This document shows positions 1 to 12,268 of a stretch of 35,679 nt of DNA, piece after piece. Numbering within the stretch: position 1 is the first letter of the stretch; each line of letters opens with the position of its first letter. The stretch is taken from assembly GCF_001194135.2 (NCBI RefSeq), contig NC_068985.1, positions 114,576,509 through 114,612,187 on the forward strand. Direction: 5' to 3'. Position numbers and translations under genes: made by a program. The notes under the pieces were generated by a model. It saw only the letters and a program-made list of their open reading frames with translations, was not told the DNA's origin and ran no database searches. The stretch is from Octopus bimaculoides. Its lineage: Eukaryota.

Positions 1-22
1 TATACATACTTGGAAAAGATGC

Positions 23-56
<34 letters not shown>

Positions 57-57
57 T

Positions 58-410
58 ACAACATTCCGTTGGTTACAACGACGTGGGTTCTAGTCGATCC
101 AATCAACGTATAGCCTGCTCGTGAAATTAGCGTGCAAGTGGCTGAACACTTCACAGACACATGTACCCTTAACGTGATACAATGTGACAAGGCTGGCCCT
201 TTGAAATACAGGAACAACAGAAACAGGAAGAAAGAGTGCAAAATGTTGTGGTGGAAGAGTACAGCAGGCTTGCCACCATCCCTTGCCGGAGCCTCGTGGA
301 ACTTCAAGTCTTTTCGCTCAATAAACACCCACGACGCCTGGTTTGGGAATCGAAACCGCGATCCTATGATCGCGATTCCGATGCCCTAATCACTGGGCCA
401 TTGCGTCTCC
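58..410 (-). mobile_element. tRNA-derived SINE, family A
   Basis: The minus strand begins GGAGACGCAATGGCCCAGTGATTAGGG...GGTTTCGATTCCC (A-box and B-box-like). It aligns by eye along its length with the copy at 10940-11252, and its 3' part is shared with 24972-25280. Confidence 0.85.
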
Positions 411-1024
411 ACACACACACACATACACACGCGCGCGCGCACACACACACATATTTAGGCATATATGGGTACAGGACGTCATCAACTGCGTAAACATGAA
501 ATACCAAACAGACGAGTTAAATATGCAAACAACGAGACAAAAAATGGAAAACTGGACGAGTAAATACAGAAAACGACCCTTCATCAGTTGTCGGCTGTCT
601 TTCTACTCCTTATTTCGAACATTCATCGATAATATGAGTCTTTAACGACAGTTGCTCCCATAAATTCCAAAATAGAATTCAGGATTTATGGAGGGCCAAA
701 GTTGGGAACAAAAATAGGACAGTGGATACATACAAGGAAACCGAACGAAAACTAATATGGGGGTCGTTAGACCAGAACGAAAGGAAGATAGCGAACGCTG
801 GAAGAAATATTTTCTTTGGAAAGAGAAAAGATAGAAGAGAGAAAGCAAACGTCCAGTCTTTTGAACGTCTGTGTAGAAAAAGAAAGATGGTCACACGAGG
901 AAAAGAAAGATGGACGATGGTCACGTGTGTGCAACGAGAGCGAAAACAGAGAAAGAGAGGAGAGAGAGATAATAAAAGGTGAAGGGGAAGAAAACGGAAT
1001 TAGAGAAGGATGCATATATATATA

Positions 1025-1821
1025 NNNNNNNNNNNNNNNNNNNNNNNNNNNNNNNNNNNNNNNNNNNNNNNNNNNNNNNNNNNNNNNNNNNNNNNNNNNN
1101 NNNNNNNNNNNNNNNNNNNNNNNNNNNNNNNNNNNNNNNNNNNNNNNNNNNNNNNNNNNNNNNNNNNNNNNNNNNNNNNNNNNNNNNNNNNNNNNNNNNN
1201 NNNNNNNNNNNNNNNNNNNNNNNNNNNNNNNNNNNNNNNNNNNNNNNNNNNNNNNNNNNNNNNNNNNNNNNNNNNNNNNNNNNNNNNNNNNNNNNNNNNN
1301 NNNNNNNNNNNNNNNNNNNNNNNNNNNNNNNNNNNNNNNNNNNNNNNNNNNNNNNNNNNNNNNNNNNNNNNNNNNNNNNNNNNNNNNNNNNNNNNNNNNN
1401 NNNNNNNNNNNNNNNNNNNNNNNNNNNNNNNNNNNNNNNNNNNNNNNNNNNNNNNNNNNNNNNNNNNNNNNNNNNNNNNNNNNNNNNNNNNNNNNNNNNN
1501 NNNNNNNNNNNNNNNNNNNNNNNNNNNNNNNNNNNNNNNNNNNNNNNNNNNNNNNNNNNNNNNNNNNNNNNNNNNNNNNNNNNNNNNNNNNNNNNNNNNN
1601 NNNNNNNNNNNNNNNNNNNNNNNNNNNNNNNNNNNNNNNNNNNNNNNNNNNNNNNNNNNNNNNNNNNNNNNNNNNNNNNNNNNNNNNNNNNNNNNNNNNN
1701 NNNNNNNNNNNNNNNNNNNNNNNNNNNNNNNNNNNNNNNNNNNNNNNNNNNNNNNNNNNNNNNNNNNNNNNNNNNNNNNNNNNNNNNNNNNNNNNNNNNN
1801 NNNNNNNNNNNNNNNNNNNNN
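1025..1821. other. Assembly gap. Other gaps: 2468-2477, 7450-8158, 10267-10939, 19354-19647, 23440-24223, 26459-27348, 28213-28488, 29508-30026, 33840-34121
   Basis: N-runs, almost all flanked by (TA)n, (TG)n, (GA)n or trinucleotide repeats. All long X-containing ORFs in the track come from these gaps. Confidence 0.99.
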
Positions 1822-1829
1822 ATATATAT

Positions 1830-1860
<31 letters not shown>

Positions 1861-2332
1861 GATACAACTGCGTGGACTTTGGGTATATGTCTATTTGTAT
1901 GTCAATCAAAGCACATTCATTGTTTGGGCTACCTGATGTCATCCACGGTAACGATATAATTTTCACTGGATCTACTGCAGGACATCCACGTCTGTATATG
2001 TGTCCATGATCATGAGTGTATACCCATCCTTCTTAACCTTAACTTTCTTCGACAGATTTTATTCTCTATCATTTATAAGTGGAAATTTTACCGGTGAGTG
2101 TGTTAAATTTTAAGGCACAATAAGAAAATAACTCTCCCCAGACACAACAGAATATGCTTCAACACACAAAATCACATAAAAAATCTTGCAAACCAAATCC
2201 CAAAACGAAATACATATATATATATATATGTGTTACATGAAAAGTAACTGTGGTTTTTAATGGCGGGAGAGTCATTAATATATTAACTATCCTAACCCAT
2301 TCCTACATTATACACATACATATCTCTGTGCA

Positions 2333-2335
2333 TCT

Positions 2336-2413
<78 letters not shown>

Positions 2414-2477
2414 GTTTATCTGTCTGTCTGTCTGTCTATTTGTCTATCTATCTATCTATCTGTCTATNNNNNNNNNN

Positions 2478-2517
<40 letters not shown>
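2333..2517. repeat. (TATC)n/(TGTC)n tetranucleotide microsatellite
   Basis: Direct reading; interrupted by a 10-N gap. Confidence 0.97.
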
Positions 2518-3126
2518 AGAACAGAGTTAAAGCGATGCGAAAAGAGGACAGAAAGCGTATATATAATAGTACATGTGTTTATATGTGTGTATTAACACAC
2601 AAATACACACACTCACGTACGCACAAGCACACATACAGAGACACACACACATATAGGTGTGCATGGTTCTTTGTCCACCACCACAGACAACGTTTCCTTC
2701 TCTGCAAACGCTACAACCTTTCATTCTTCTTTGAACATTTGCGCCATAACCTTATCCATTTGCACTTTAGTCGCCTCAAGCCACACCAGCACTGATTCTT
2801 TGAAAAGAAATCGTTAAAATATCCCATAATCGCGTCGTGATAATCCTACCTCTTTCCGTAAGACAGTCAAAATAATCACTACACAATTCAAGCAAACATT
2901 GTACTTCACTTTTTATTTAAACATCAGCGTCACGTAGCAGGAACTAAAGATCGCCATAAACGCCCAATCTCTGGCAAATATGAAGAACAATCCAAAATGA
3001 AATACAACTCCTACAATTTAGACGGGGCTGCTGCAACACACCAGACATCCAAGTTCTCATCTAAACAAACGAAATTTCACTCGATTAACGAGCATAATAT
3101 TGTCGACCATTACACTAGACTCTTAT

Positions 3127-3532
3127 ACTCTTATACTTGTTTCAGTCATTTGACTGCGGCCATGCTGGAGCACTGCCTTTAGTCGAGCAAATTAACTCCA
3201 AAAGTTATTTTTTGTAAGCCTAGTACTTATTCTATCGATCTCTTTTGCCGAACCGCTAAGTTACAGGGACGTAAACACACCAGCATCGGTTGTTAAGCGA
3301 TGTTGGGAGGAAAAACACAGACACACAAATACACACACACACATATATATACATATACATATATATATACGACGGGCTTCTTTCAGTTTCCGTCTACCAA
3401 ATCCACTCACAAGGCTTCGGTCAGCCCGAGGCTATAGTAGAAGACATTTGCCTAAAGTGCCACACAGTGGGACTGAACCCAGAACCATGTGGTTGGTAAG
3501 CAAGCTACTTACCACACAGCCACTCCTGCGCC
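3127..3532 (-). mobile_element. tRNA-derived SINE, family B (CORE-like body, internal TA/TG microsatellite, long 3' module)
   Basis: Minus-strand head GGCGCAGGAGTGGCTGTGTGGTAAGTAGC...GGTTCAGTCCC, then the CORE-like GGCACTTTAGGCAAATGTCTTCT. The 3' module ending CAGCATGGCCGCAGTCAAATGACTGAAAC recurs on its own at about 33005-33055 and 33512-33568. Confidence 0.8.
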
Positions 3533-3686
3533 AATCTTGAATACATTACACTTCCTTATTCTGTCTTTTCTATTGCGACGACATGGGCCTTTGCATCTCT
3601 TCGGGTCTTGTCGGTTTCATGTCACTTCAACAATGTCACTGAACACTCACTAATCTCTGCTCCTCTCGCCACCGAGTTAATATTAA

Positions 3687-3900
3687 TTTCTAATTTTGTT
3701 ACAAGGCCAGCAATCTTGGGGAAGGAGATAAGTCGATCACATCGACACTAGTGTTCGACCGGTTCTTATTTTATAGACACCGAAAAGATAAAAGACGAAG
3801 TCGACCTCAGCGCAATTTGAACTCAGAACGCAAAGACGGACGAAATGCCGCTAAGCATTTTCCCCCGGCGTGCTAACGATTCTACCAGTTGAACGCCTTC
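3687..3900 (-). mobile_element. SINE, family M (GAGGTCGACTTTGCCTTTCATCCTTTCGGGGTCGATAAAAT core)
   Basis: Matches the many other copies in the window; first of a tandem pair. Confidence 0.85.
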
Positions 3901-3909
3901 TACTAAGTT

Positions 3910-4130
3910 AATATTGGTTTCAAATTTTGGCGCAAGGCCACCAATTTCGGGGAGGGGTAACTTAATGACATCGATCCCTGTATTCAACTGCTAGTTAGTT
4001 GATTGACCCTGAAAGGATGAAAGGCAAAGTCGACCTCGGCGGAATTTGAGTTTAGAACGTAAAGACGGACGAAATGCCGCCAAGCATTTTGTTCGACCTG
4101 CTAACTATTGCGTCAGTTCACCACCTTCCA
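3910..4130 (-). mobile_element. SINE, family M
   Basis: Contains GAAAGGATGAAAGGCAAAGTCGACCTCGGCGGAATTTGA; directly in tandem with the previous copy. Confidence 0.88.
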
Positions 4131-4806
4131 CCAATTTAATATTAACTCTCCCGACACGCTGTGCAGATACACCTTACAGTGGCGATCTGTTGTTCTTTAG
4201 CTCCTAGTCAGCTATGTCCCGGGATATTTAGAAATGGCACTGCCAGAAAACAAGTATGATATTCAATGCTTTATAGAACATACTTGCATTTCAACGAATT
4301 GAGTCATAATTGCATAATAAATGTTGAAACGTTATATAATTGTGCAAATCACCTCTTCGGTAGCTATAGTATTTCATCAGATACAATCTATGTAGCATTT
4401 AATTAACCAAAATGTTCTCTTTTTATAAATCATATGACTTAAGAGAATGAGTTGTTATTTCTAGCAGGGTAACATAATTCCCTTGGTGGATTTTATTTCT
4501 CTGTGCTATATATGAGAATGGTAGTTATAATTCTTACTTAATGGAAGTTGTTGGGTGGTTTAGTAGCAGTTTGGAGAGATGTAGAAGTTGAGAGGTTTAT
4601 GCTTTCCCCCCTTCTATTGTCTTAGATGAGAGCTTCCAACAGGCAAACGTAATTGTGTATGCCAGGCGATATGTAAATCTTTATATGTGCACATACATGC
4701 ATGCATACATGCATTCACGCATATATACGTAAATGTATACATACATGCTTACATTCATTCACAGCCATCCACATGCATACAGATGTATAAGAATGCCAAT
4801 TCGCGC

Positions 4807-4852
<46 letters not shown>

Positions 4853-5028
4853 GTATGTATATGCCTACGCGTACCTACATACATTTATAACATTCCAGTG
4901 ATGGAGACTTGTTTCCCAGATAGAATCCGCCCCACCACGACCTTTTCCTTAGATTAAAATTTCAAAGAATACAGAAAACGAAAGAAACCTACCTACATAC
5001 CTAAATACATACATAACTTCATGCAAAA

Positions 5029-5084
<56 letters not shown>

Positions 5085-5113
5085 ACAATAATAATAATAA
5101 TAATAATAATAAT
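5029..5113. repeat. (TAG)n followed by (TAA)n microsatellite
   Basis: Direct reading. Confidence 0.97.
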
Positions 5114-5179
5114 ATGTTTGCAGGTATGTATGTATGTATGTACACTCATACACATGCATATCTATACAGTCGATGATAG

Positions 5180-5373
5180 CGTCATGTCTATCACTGATCA
5201 AGTATTGATCGATGATAGACAGTAATATGACTAGGTCACACGTAACATTTCTTTTGCATTCACTCAACTCCAATAACATGTCTGGAGTTCTGCGTTATAT
5301 TATCCATTCTTGTTGGTTCATTCAGTGCAAAATATACAACAGGCAGAGAATTCTAGAATTCTATGAGAGCTTT
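5180..5373 (-). repeat. Dispersed ~190-bp repeat with terminal hairpin, copy 1 (inverted relative to 11901-12080)
   Basis: Its reverse complement aligns by eye with 11901-12080 (shared blocks AAGCTCTC, TAGAATT.TCTGCCT, GCAAAAGAAATG.TACGTGTGACCTA, ATCAATACTTGATCAGTGA). Confidence 0.8.
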
Positions 5374-5485
5374 AAACGCACAAACACACACTTACACACA
5401 CAAACACCCATATACAAACACACACACTTACACATACATGCACGTGATTCTGCGTATGTATACAATCATATATATATATATATAT

Positions 5486-5547
<62 letters not shown>

Positions 5548-5579
5548 TTTGCGTGTGTGTCTGTGTGTGTATGTATTGA

Positions 5580-7350
5580 ACAAGCTATGAGCTGCAAAAT
5601 CCACACTTCAGAGGGGGGCATGAAGATGTTCCAACGCCTACTGGGAGAATCTTTGTATAGACATTCAGAGGGTTCCTGACACTGGTGACATAAGAAGGAT
5701 GCATGAGAGAATACGAATTTCTCTTAGACCACAGATCAACAAGGTAGCACCGCTAAAATCCTTATCGGGGAAGTAGATAAACATCAGCAGATGGAGAGAT
5801 GGGTCGAACATTACTCATACCTCTACTCACAAGACCGACCAGTGAATGAAAGCCTACATGAAGTAATCCTCCTGCTTCCAGAGATGACAGAATTTGACAA
5901 AACCGTCCCAGGAGGAACTGGCGAAAGCTATTGACAAGCTCGCAAGTGGAAAGTCTCCTGGCAATGACAATATACCAGCAGAAATACCGAAAGAGAACAA
6001 GGACACTATCCTGGCTCACACGTACAAGCTCTTGATACTCTGCTGGAAGCACGGAGCGGTCTCACAAGACATGAGAGATGCCAACATAGTGACCCTGTAT
6101 GAAAACAAGGGAGTGAAAGGAAAGTGCAATAACTACAGAAGCATTTCATTTTTATGTATTACAGGAAAAGCATTTGTCCGAGTACTGTTGAAACGCCTAC
6201 AGAAGTTAACAGAGAGAGTTCTTCCAGAAAGTCAGTGTGGTTTCAGATCAGGACGCTCAACAATGGTCATGATATTGTCTCTTCGACAGCTCCAAGAAAA
6301 GTGTCACGAACAAAGTCAACCCCTACATGTGACATTTGTAGACCTAAGGCATTTGATAGTCAGTAGATCAGGAGTGTTCATGGTTCTTCACAAAATTAGA
6401 TGTTCACCAACTCTTCTCCAAATTGTCATGTCCTTCCATGAAGGTATGAAAGCCACGGTTTAGTTAGATGGTTCAACATTAGATAGTTTTCAGACCAGAA
6501 GCTGAGTTAAACAAGGCTGTGTTCTGGAACCGACCCATTTCAGCACCTTTGCCGTGCTATTTCAGTTTGCTTCCAAGGAGTCTCCTGGTGATGTCTGCCT
6601 TCTCAGGAGAACTGATGGTCCCTATTTTCAATCTTGCACGCCTTAGAGCAAAACCCCAGACCAAGCCAACCTTGATCAGAGATCTCCCCTTTGCAGATGA
6701 TGCAGCACTGGTTGCTCACAATGAGTCCACTCTACAGACAGCGGTAGAGTACCTTTCACAAGCCTACAAAGAATTTTCTCTTGGATTTATGGGGAATGCA
6801 TACTGAGCAGACTCCTCTATGGATCAGAGATCTGGACACTAAACACAGGGCAAGAGAAGAAGTTCAATGTCTTTCATCTGAGATGCCTGCGAAAGATCCT
6901 CGGCATCACCTAGCAAGACAAAGTAACCAACACAGAGGGCTTGAAACAAGTACTACTTTCGAACATGACAACTATTCGGTGCAAAAGGAGAATGTGATGG
7001 CTTGGACATGCGAAACGGATGGAGGACACCAGAATTCCCAAACAATTGTTGTATGGCGAGTTGGCTCAGGGTAGAAGATCCAGAGAACGGCCAAAGCTGA
7101 GATTAAAGGAAACATGCAAGAGCAGTCTGAGCAAGAATCACGTTGATGTAAAAACTTGGGAAAGGTTAGCTGAGGACAGAACAATATGGAAAACCTCAGT
7201 GAGCAAGAGAGTTGAACGGGTCGAGGAAAAAAACATCCTGGTCCTCGAAGTAGAACGCCGAAGAAAGGAAAACAACCCACCGCAGCCCTGCAGCAAGAAG
7301 AACATGAGTGCTTACGACATTCTCCACTGCTTAGCCAATCTGTCAAGACA
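5580..7350 (+). mobile_element. RTE-clade (BovB-like) non-LTR retrotransposon; 5'-truncated, frameshifted, with an internal deletion; non-functional RT
   Basis: Peptides across shifting frames: KVAPLKS, QMERWVEHYS, GKSPGNDNIPAE, NYRSISFLCITGK, VLPESQCGFRSGRST, FVDL/KAFD, KQGCVL, LPFADDAAL, LLYGSE, MEDTRIPKQLLYGEL..GRRSRERPKLR. There are stop codons, and the segment between AYKEF and LLYGSE is missing (near 6790). Confidence 0.95.
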
Positions 7351-7360
7351 TAAAGAGCCG

Positions 7361-7415
<55 letters not shown>

Positions 7416-8158
7416 AAATATAATATGATAAAATATAATATATATATATNNNNNNNNNNNNNNNNNNNNNNNNNNNNNNNNNNNNNNNNNNNNNNNNNNN
7501 NNNNNNNNNNNNNNNNNNNNNNNNNNNNNNNNNNNNNNNNNNNNNNNNNNNNNNNNNNNNNNNNNNNNNNNNNNNNNNNNNNNNNNNNNNNNNNNNNNNN
7601 NNNNNNNNNNNNNNNNNNNNNNNNNNNNNNNNNNNNNNNNNNNNNNNNNNNNNNNNNNNNNNNNNNNNNNNNNNNNNNNNNNNNNNNNNNNNNNNNNNNN
7701 NNNNNNNNNNNNNNNNNNNNNNNNNNNNNNNNNNNNNNNNNNNNNNNNNNNNNNNNNNNNNNNNNNNNNNNNNNNNNNNNNNNNNNNNNNNNNNNNNNNN
7801 NNNNNNNNNNNNNNNNNNNNNNNNNNNNNNNNNNNNNNNNNNNNNNNNNNNNNNNNNNNNNNNNNNNNNNNNNNNNNNNNNNNNNNNNNNNNNNNNNNNN
7901 NNNNNNNNNNNNNNNNNNNNNNNNNNNNNNNNNNNNNNNNNNNNNNNNNNNNNNNNNNNNNNNNNNNNNNNNNNNNNNNNNNNNNNNNNNNNNNNNNNNN
8001 NNNNNNNNNNNNNNNNNNNNNNNNNNNNNNNNNNNNNNNNNNNNNNNNNNNNNNNNNNNNNNNNNNNNNNNNNNNNNNNNNNNNNNNNNNNNNNNNNNNN
8101 NNNNNNNNNNNNNNNNNNNNNNNNNNNNNNNNNNNNNNNNNNNNNNNNNNNNNNNNNN

Positions 8159-8218
<60 letters not shown>

Positions 8219-8614
8219 CGTGTGATAAAGTCAGCCTCATAAAATAACTTTTTAGTTCAATGTCACATAATACAATTACTGTTATCGTTGTTGTTGTTGT
8301 TGCTGATGATATCCTCTGCTCTCTCTTCCTCTTTCTCTCTCTCTCCTCTTCCTCTTTCTATCTCTCTCCTCTTCCTCTTTCTCTCTCTCTCTTCTTCCTC
8401 TTTCTCTCTCTCTCTTCTTCCTCTTCTTCCTGCTCTTCCCGCCTCTTCCCACTCCCCTCTTCTAACGGCGTCCTTAAATTCTTCTTATCAACCACTTACA
8501 GATAAGACTCACACTTGAACTTCTTCATGTTTCTCTCTCTCTTTCTCTCTGCGTGTCTCTCTCTATCTCCTTCTTCCGCTATATCACTCTCACACCCACT
8601 CATTTTTCACTCTC

Positions 8615-8645
<31 letters not shown>

Positions 8646-8676
8646 GTTTCTTTGTTTCTTTCTTACTTTCTTTCTT

Positions 8677-8722
<46 letters not shown>

Positions 8723-9199
8723 CTTCTCTCTGTCTCTATCTGTATCGATTAAACTGCGTATTTCCTCTCCATCTATCTACCCACCACTCTTATTAGCCCT
8801 CACCACATATCTATGGTAGTAAACCCTGACCCTCTGTCCCTTTATAGCCTTCGACATATCTTAGAATTGTGTTGTTACCGTGCTTCATCCTAAGTTATGA
8901 AATCTATAACCAAATATGTTTCAACTATGATCATCTCGCCCTCTTCTAAGTCACTGCATAACGAGGTCGAATTACCCAACAAATATCAGAAAAATAAGAG
9001 ATTATATTATTATGTATAATTTTCGCGTATAAACATGTGAATTAAGCAAATTTAATGTATAATGAACCGAACTGAAGACAGCGAGTGTAGCATCCGTACA
9101 CGTATGCTAAAACGGGCCCAATACTGTACCAACACCTGCAATTCTAGCATCCAGTTCGGTTTCTCACTTCCCATCACTAGTGAATACGGTTCCGAGATA

Positions 9200-9483
9200 T
9201 TTAAACGCAACAGAATAGTAAATTGGGGATCCACAACCGTATTTTGAGGGCCCCTGGAAGAATTTTGCTTTAGTTGTATGCATTGGTACATATTGCTAGA
9301 AACAGTTAGGTTTCTCTAACATTTTACATAGTTCAACCTAAACAAGTTAATGTATGTAAAATAGGAATTTTGAAGGAATTTTCTATAAAACTAGTTTTTA
9401 AATATCGAATGGCTATGTGGGGTCCACCAAAATAAAATAGTAATCAAAAGGGTCCAGAGATAAGAAATGATTGAGAACCACTG
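9200..9483. mobile_element. Possible hAT/Charlie-type MITE end
   Basis: Ends in GATTGAGAACCACTG (reverse complement CAGTGGTTCTCAATC, a hAT-like TIR) with subterminal GGGGTCCAC/GGGTCC motifs. No partner TIR was found. Confidence 0.45.
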
Positions 9484-9535
9484 GCTTAATGGACTGATTC
9501 GGTGTAAAGTTATTTAGATAATTTAGTAAATAAAT

Positions 9536-10142
9536 TTTTCCAGCTTTTGAGGAGAGGGGCAAATCTATTACATCAACCCCACTACTAGACTGGGTACTTA
9601 TTTTATCGATTCCAAAAGGACGAAAGGCAATGTACACTTCGACAGAATTTGAACTCAAAACGTAAAGATAGACGAAATGTCGCTAAACTTTTTGCCCGGC
9701 GTCTAAACGATTCTGTTAGCTCATCGCCTTTAATGGTTTCAAATTTTGGCACAAAGCTAGCAAGTTTCTGTTTGTAGGAGGGATTAAGTCGATCATATCA
9801 ACCCCAGTGCCCAACTGGTACTTTTTTTTATCCACTCCGAGAGTCTTGGTGGAAATTCTTGAGGGAATTTGAACTCAGAACAGTAAAGTGCTCGAACAAT
9901 TCTGCCTATCATCTAGCCATAATAATAATAGTAATAAACCGTTCTACTATACTGTGTGTGTGTGTGTATGTGTGTGTGGTAAATCGATTACATCAACCCC
10001 AGTACTCCACTGGTACTTAATTTATCGACCTCAAAAGAATAAAAGTAGACCTCTTCAGAATTTGAACTCAGAACGTAGCGACTGGCGAAATACCGCTAAG
10101 CACTTTGTCCAACGCGTTAACGATTCTGCCGGCTCGCCACCT
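9536..10142 (-). mobile_element. Three diverged family M SINE copies in tandem (about 9536-9731, 9735-9915, 9980-10142)
   Basis: Each contains GAATTTGAACTCA and the TACATCAACCCC/GGTACTT modules. Confidence 0.8.
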
Positions 10143-10266
<124 letters not shown>

Positions 10267-10939
10267 NNNNNNNNNNNNNNNNNNNNNNNNNNNNNNNNNN
10301 NNNNNNNNNNNNNNNNNNNNNNNNNNNNNNNNNNNNNNNNNNNNNNNNNNNNNNNNNNNNNNNNNNNNNNNNNNNNNNNNNNNNNNNNNNNNNNNNNNNN
10401 NNNNNNNNNNNNNNNNNNNNNNNNNNNNNNNNNNNNNNNNNNNNNNNNNNNNNNNNNNNNNNNNNNNNNNNNNNNNNNNNNNNNNNNNNNNNNNNNNNNN
10501 NNNNNNNNNNNNNNNNNNNNNNNNNNNNNNNNNNNNNNNNNNNNNNNNNNNNNNNNNNNNNNNNNNNNNNNNNNNNNNNNNNNNNNNNNNNNNNNNNNNN
10601 NNNNNNNNNNNNNNNNNNNNNNNNNNNNNNNNNNNNNNNNNNNNNNNNNNNNNNNNNNNNNNNNNNNNNNNNNNNNNNNNNNNNNNNNNNNNNNNNNNNN
10701 NNNNNNNNNNNNNNNNNNNNNNNNNNNNNNNNNNNNNNNNNNNNNNNNNNNNNNNNNNNNNNNNNNNNNNNNNNNNNNNNNNNNNNNNNNNNNNNNNNNN
10801 NNNNNNNNNNNNNNNNNNNNNNNNNNNNNNNNNNNNNNNNNNNNNNNNNNNNNNNNNNNNNNNNNNNNNNNNNNNNNNNNNNNNNNNNNNNNNNNNNNNN
10901 NNNNNNNNNNNNNNNNNNNNNNNNNNNNNNNNNNNNNNN

Positions 10940-11252
10940 GAAATTAACGTGCAAGTGGCTGAGCACTCCACAGACACGTGTACCCTTAACGTAGTTCTCG
11001 GGGATATTCAGCGTGACACAGTGTGACAAGGCTGACCCTTTGAATTACAGGCACAACAGAAACAGGAAGAAAGCGTGAGAGAAAGTTTGTGGTGAAAGAG
11101 TACAGCAGGGTTCGCCACCATCCCCTACCGGAGCCTCGTGGAGCTTTAGGTGTTGTCGCTCAATAAACACTCACAGCGCCCGGTCTGGCAATCGAAACCG
11201 CGATACTGTGACTGCGAGTCCGCTGCCCTAACCACTGGGCCATTGCGCCTCC
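10940..11252 (-). mobile_element. tRNA-derived SINE, family A (3' end lost in the gap)
   Basis: Minus-strand head GGAGGCGCAATGGCCCAGTGGTTAGGGCAGCGGACTCGCAG...GGTTTCGATTGCC; homologous to 58-410. Confidence 0.9.
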
Positions 11253-11900
11253 TCCCTCATGGCTTTCACGAGAATAATAAAAATAAGAATAATAGGAAAC
11301 AACGATGACATCATCAACGACAACAACAACAACAACTTTAACAGTAACATGAGCACATCTAAAATTAGAATGTTGCAATATAGTTATGTTATCACTGACA
11401 CAGCGTGAATGTTTACTGAGAGTAGGAGAGGGCAGATAGTCTCTATTTGAGGGCTTATGTACTCTCATATTCACTCTAAGTACTATAGACACCTTTTGTA
11501 TGTCACTGTAAATGGTGACACATGTACATACTTTCTTGTCAGTCTGTCTTTCCGTTTATCTCTCTGTATTTTCTTGTGTGTGTGTGTGTGTGTGGGCGTG
11601 CATATGTACATGTGTTTATGTACAAGGCAACGATGTAATAATAAACTCTCAACTGCATGTTTAACATGTTATCTGTTTCAGTCATTGAAATACGAAGCCA
11701 GATATATTTCGGTCATCATTCTACTTTATAAATTTTGGCGGTAAAGTTTTTAGCGCGTAAATATCATCTTTCAACGACTTTGACAAAATGAGGGAGGTGA
11801 CGAAGTTGTGACATTGCCTTGAAATGGCAGAATAGATATTGTGCTAGATAAAACGTTTGGCAATATTAAGTTAATCACATTTACGTCGTGATTTCAAATC

Positions 11901-12080
11901 AAGCTCTCTTAGAATTTTCTGCCTTTAGTAAATTTTACACCCAGTGACTTAACAGGAAATGGATAATACAATGTAGACTTCCAAATATATTGCTGGAGTC
12001 GAGTGGAAGCAAAAGAAATGATACGTGTGACCTAATCTAGTTATTGTCTGTCACCAATCAATACTTGATCAGTGACAGTT
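11901..12080 (+). repeat. Dispersed ~190-bp repeat with terminal hairpin, copy 2; preceded by a diverged family M-like head (about 11825-11900)
   Basis: Homologous to the reverse complement of 5180-5373. Stem CTGTCAC (12048-12054) / GTGACAG (12072-12078). Confidence 0.8.
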
Positions 12081-12268
12081 AGCTACCACAAAAAGGCTAT
12101 TTTTCGCTTTATGGGAAAATAATGCAGGATTAGAAATGGAAGCAAATGAAGTCGGGAATGTACAAAAGCAAATTTGGTTATTCTGACTAAGCAAAACGAA
12201 TATTAATCGCATAAGATATTAAAAATAGTGCTGTTTTACATTTGCATATACTTTATATATATATATAT

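Noticed and set aside
1900-2000. Small exon-like GC island
   Set aside because: The splice sites are weak and the peptides are short and unrecognised.
767-2009. Long ORFs spanning N-runs (also at 7-8, 10-11, 23-24, 26-27, 28, 29-30 and 33-34 kb)
   Set aside because: They are artefacts of translating gaps and the flanking dinucleotide repeats.
3385-3532. Genuine tRNA genes at SINE heads (also 340-410, 11180-11252, 24972-25025)
   Set aside because: They have A/B boxes but no complete cloverleaf, and they continue into repeat bodies seen in multiple copies.
3677-4145. TTAATATTAA at 3677-3686 and 4136-4145 as a TSD or inverted repeat around a SINE dimer
   Set aside because: The motif is AT-only and self-complementary, and resembles the SINE's own tail (also at 3908-3915), so it cannot be distinguished from chance.
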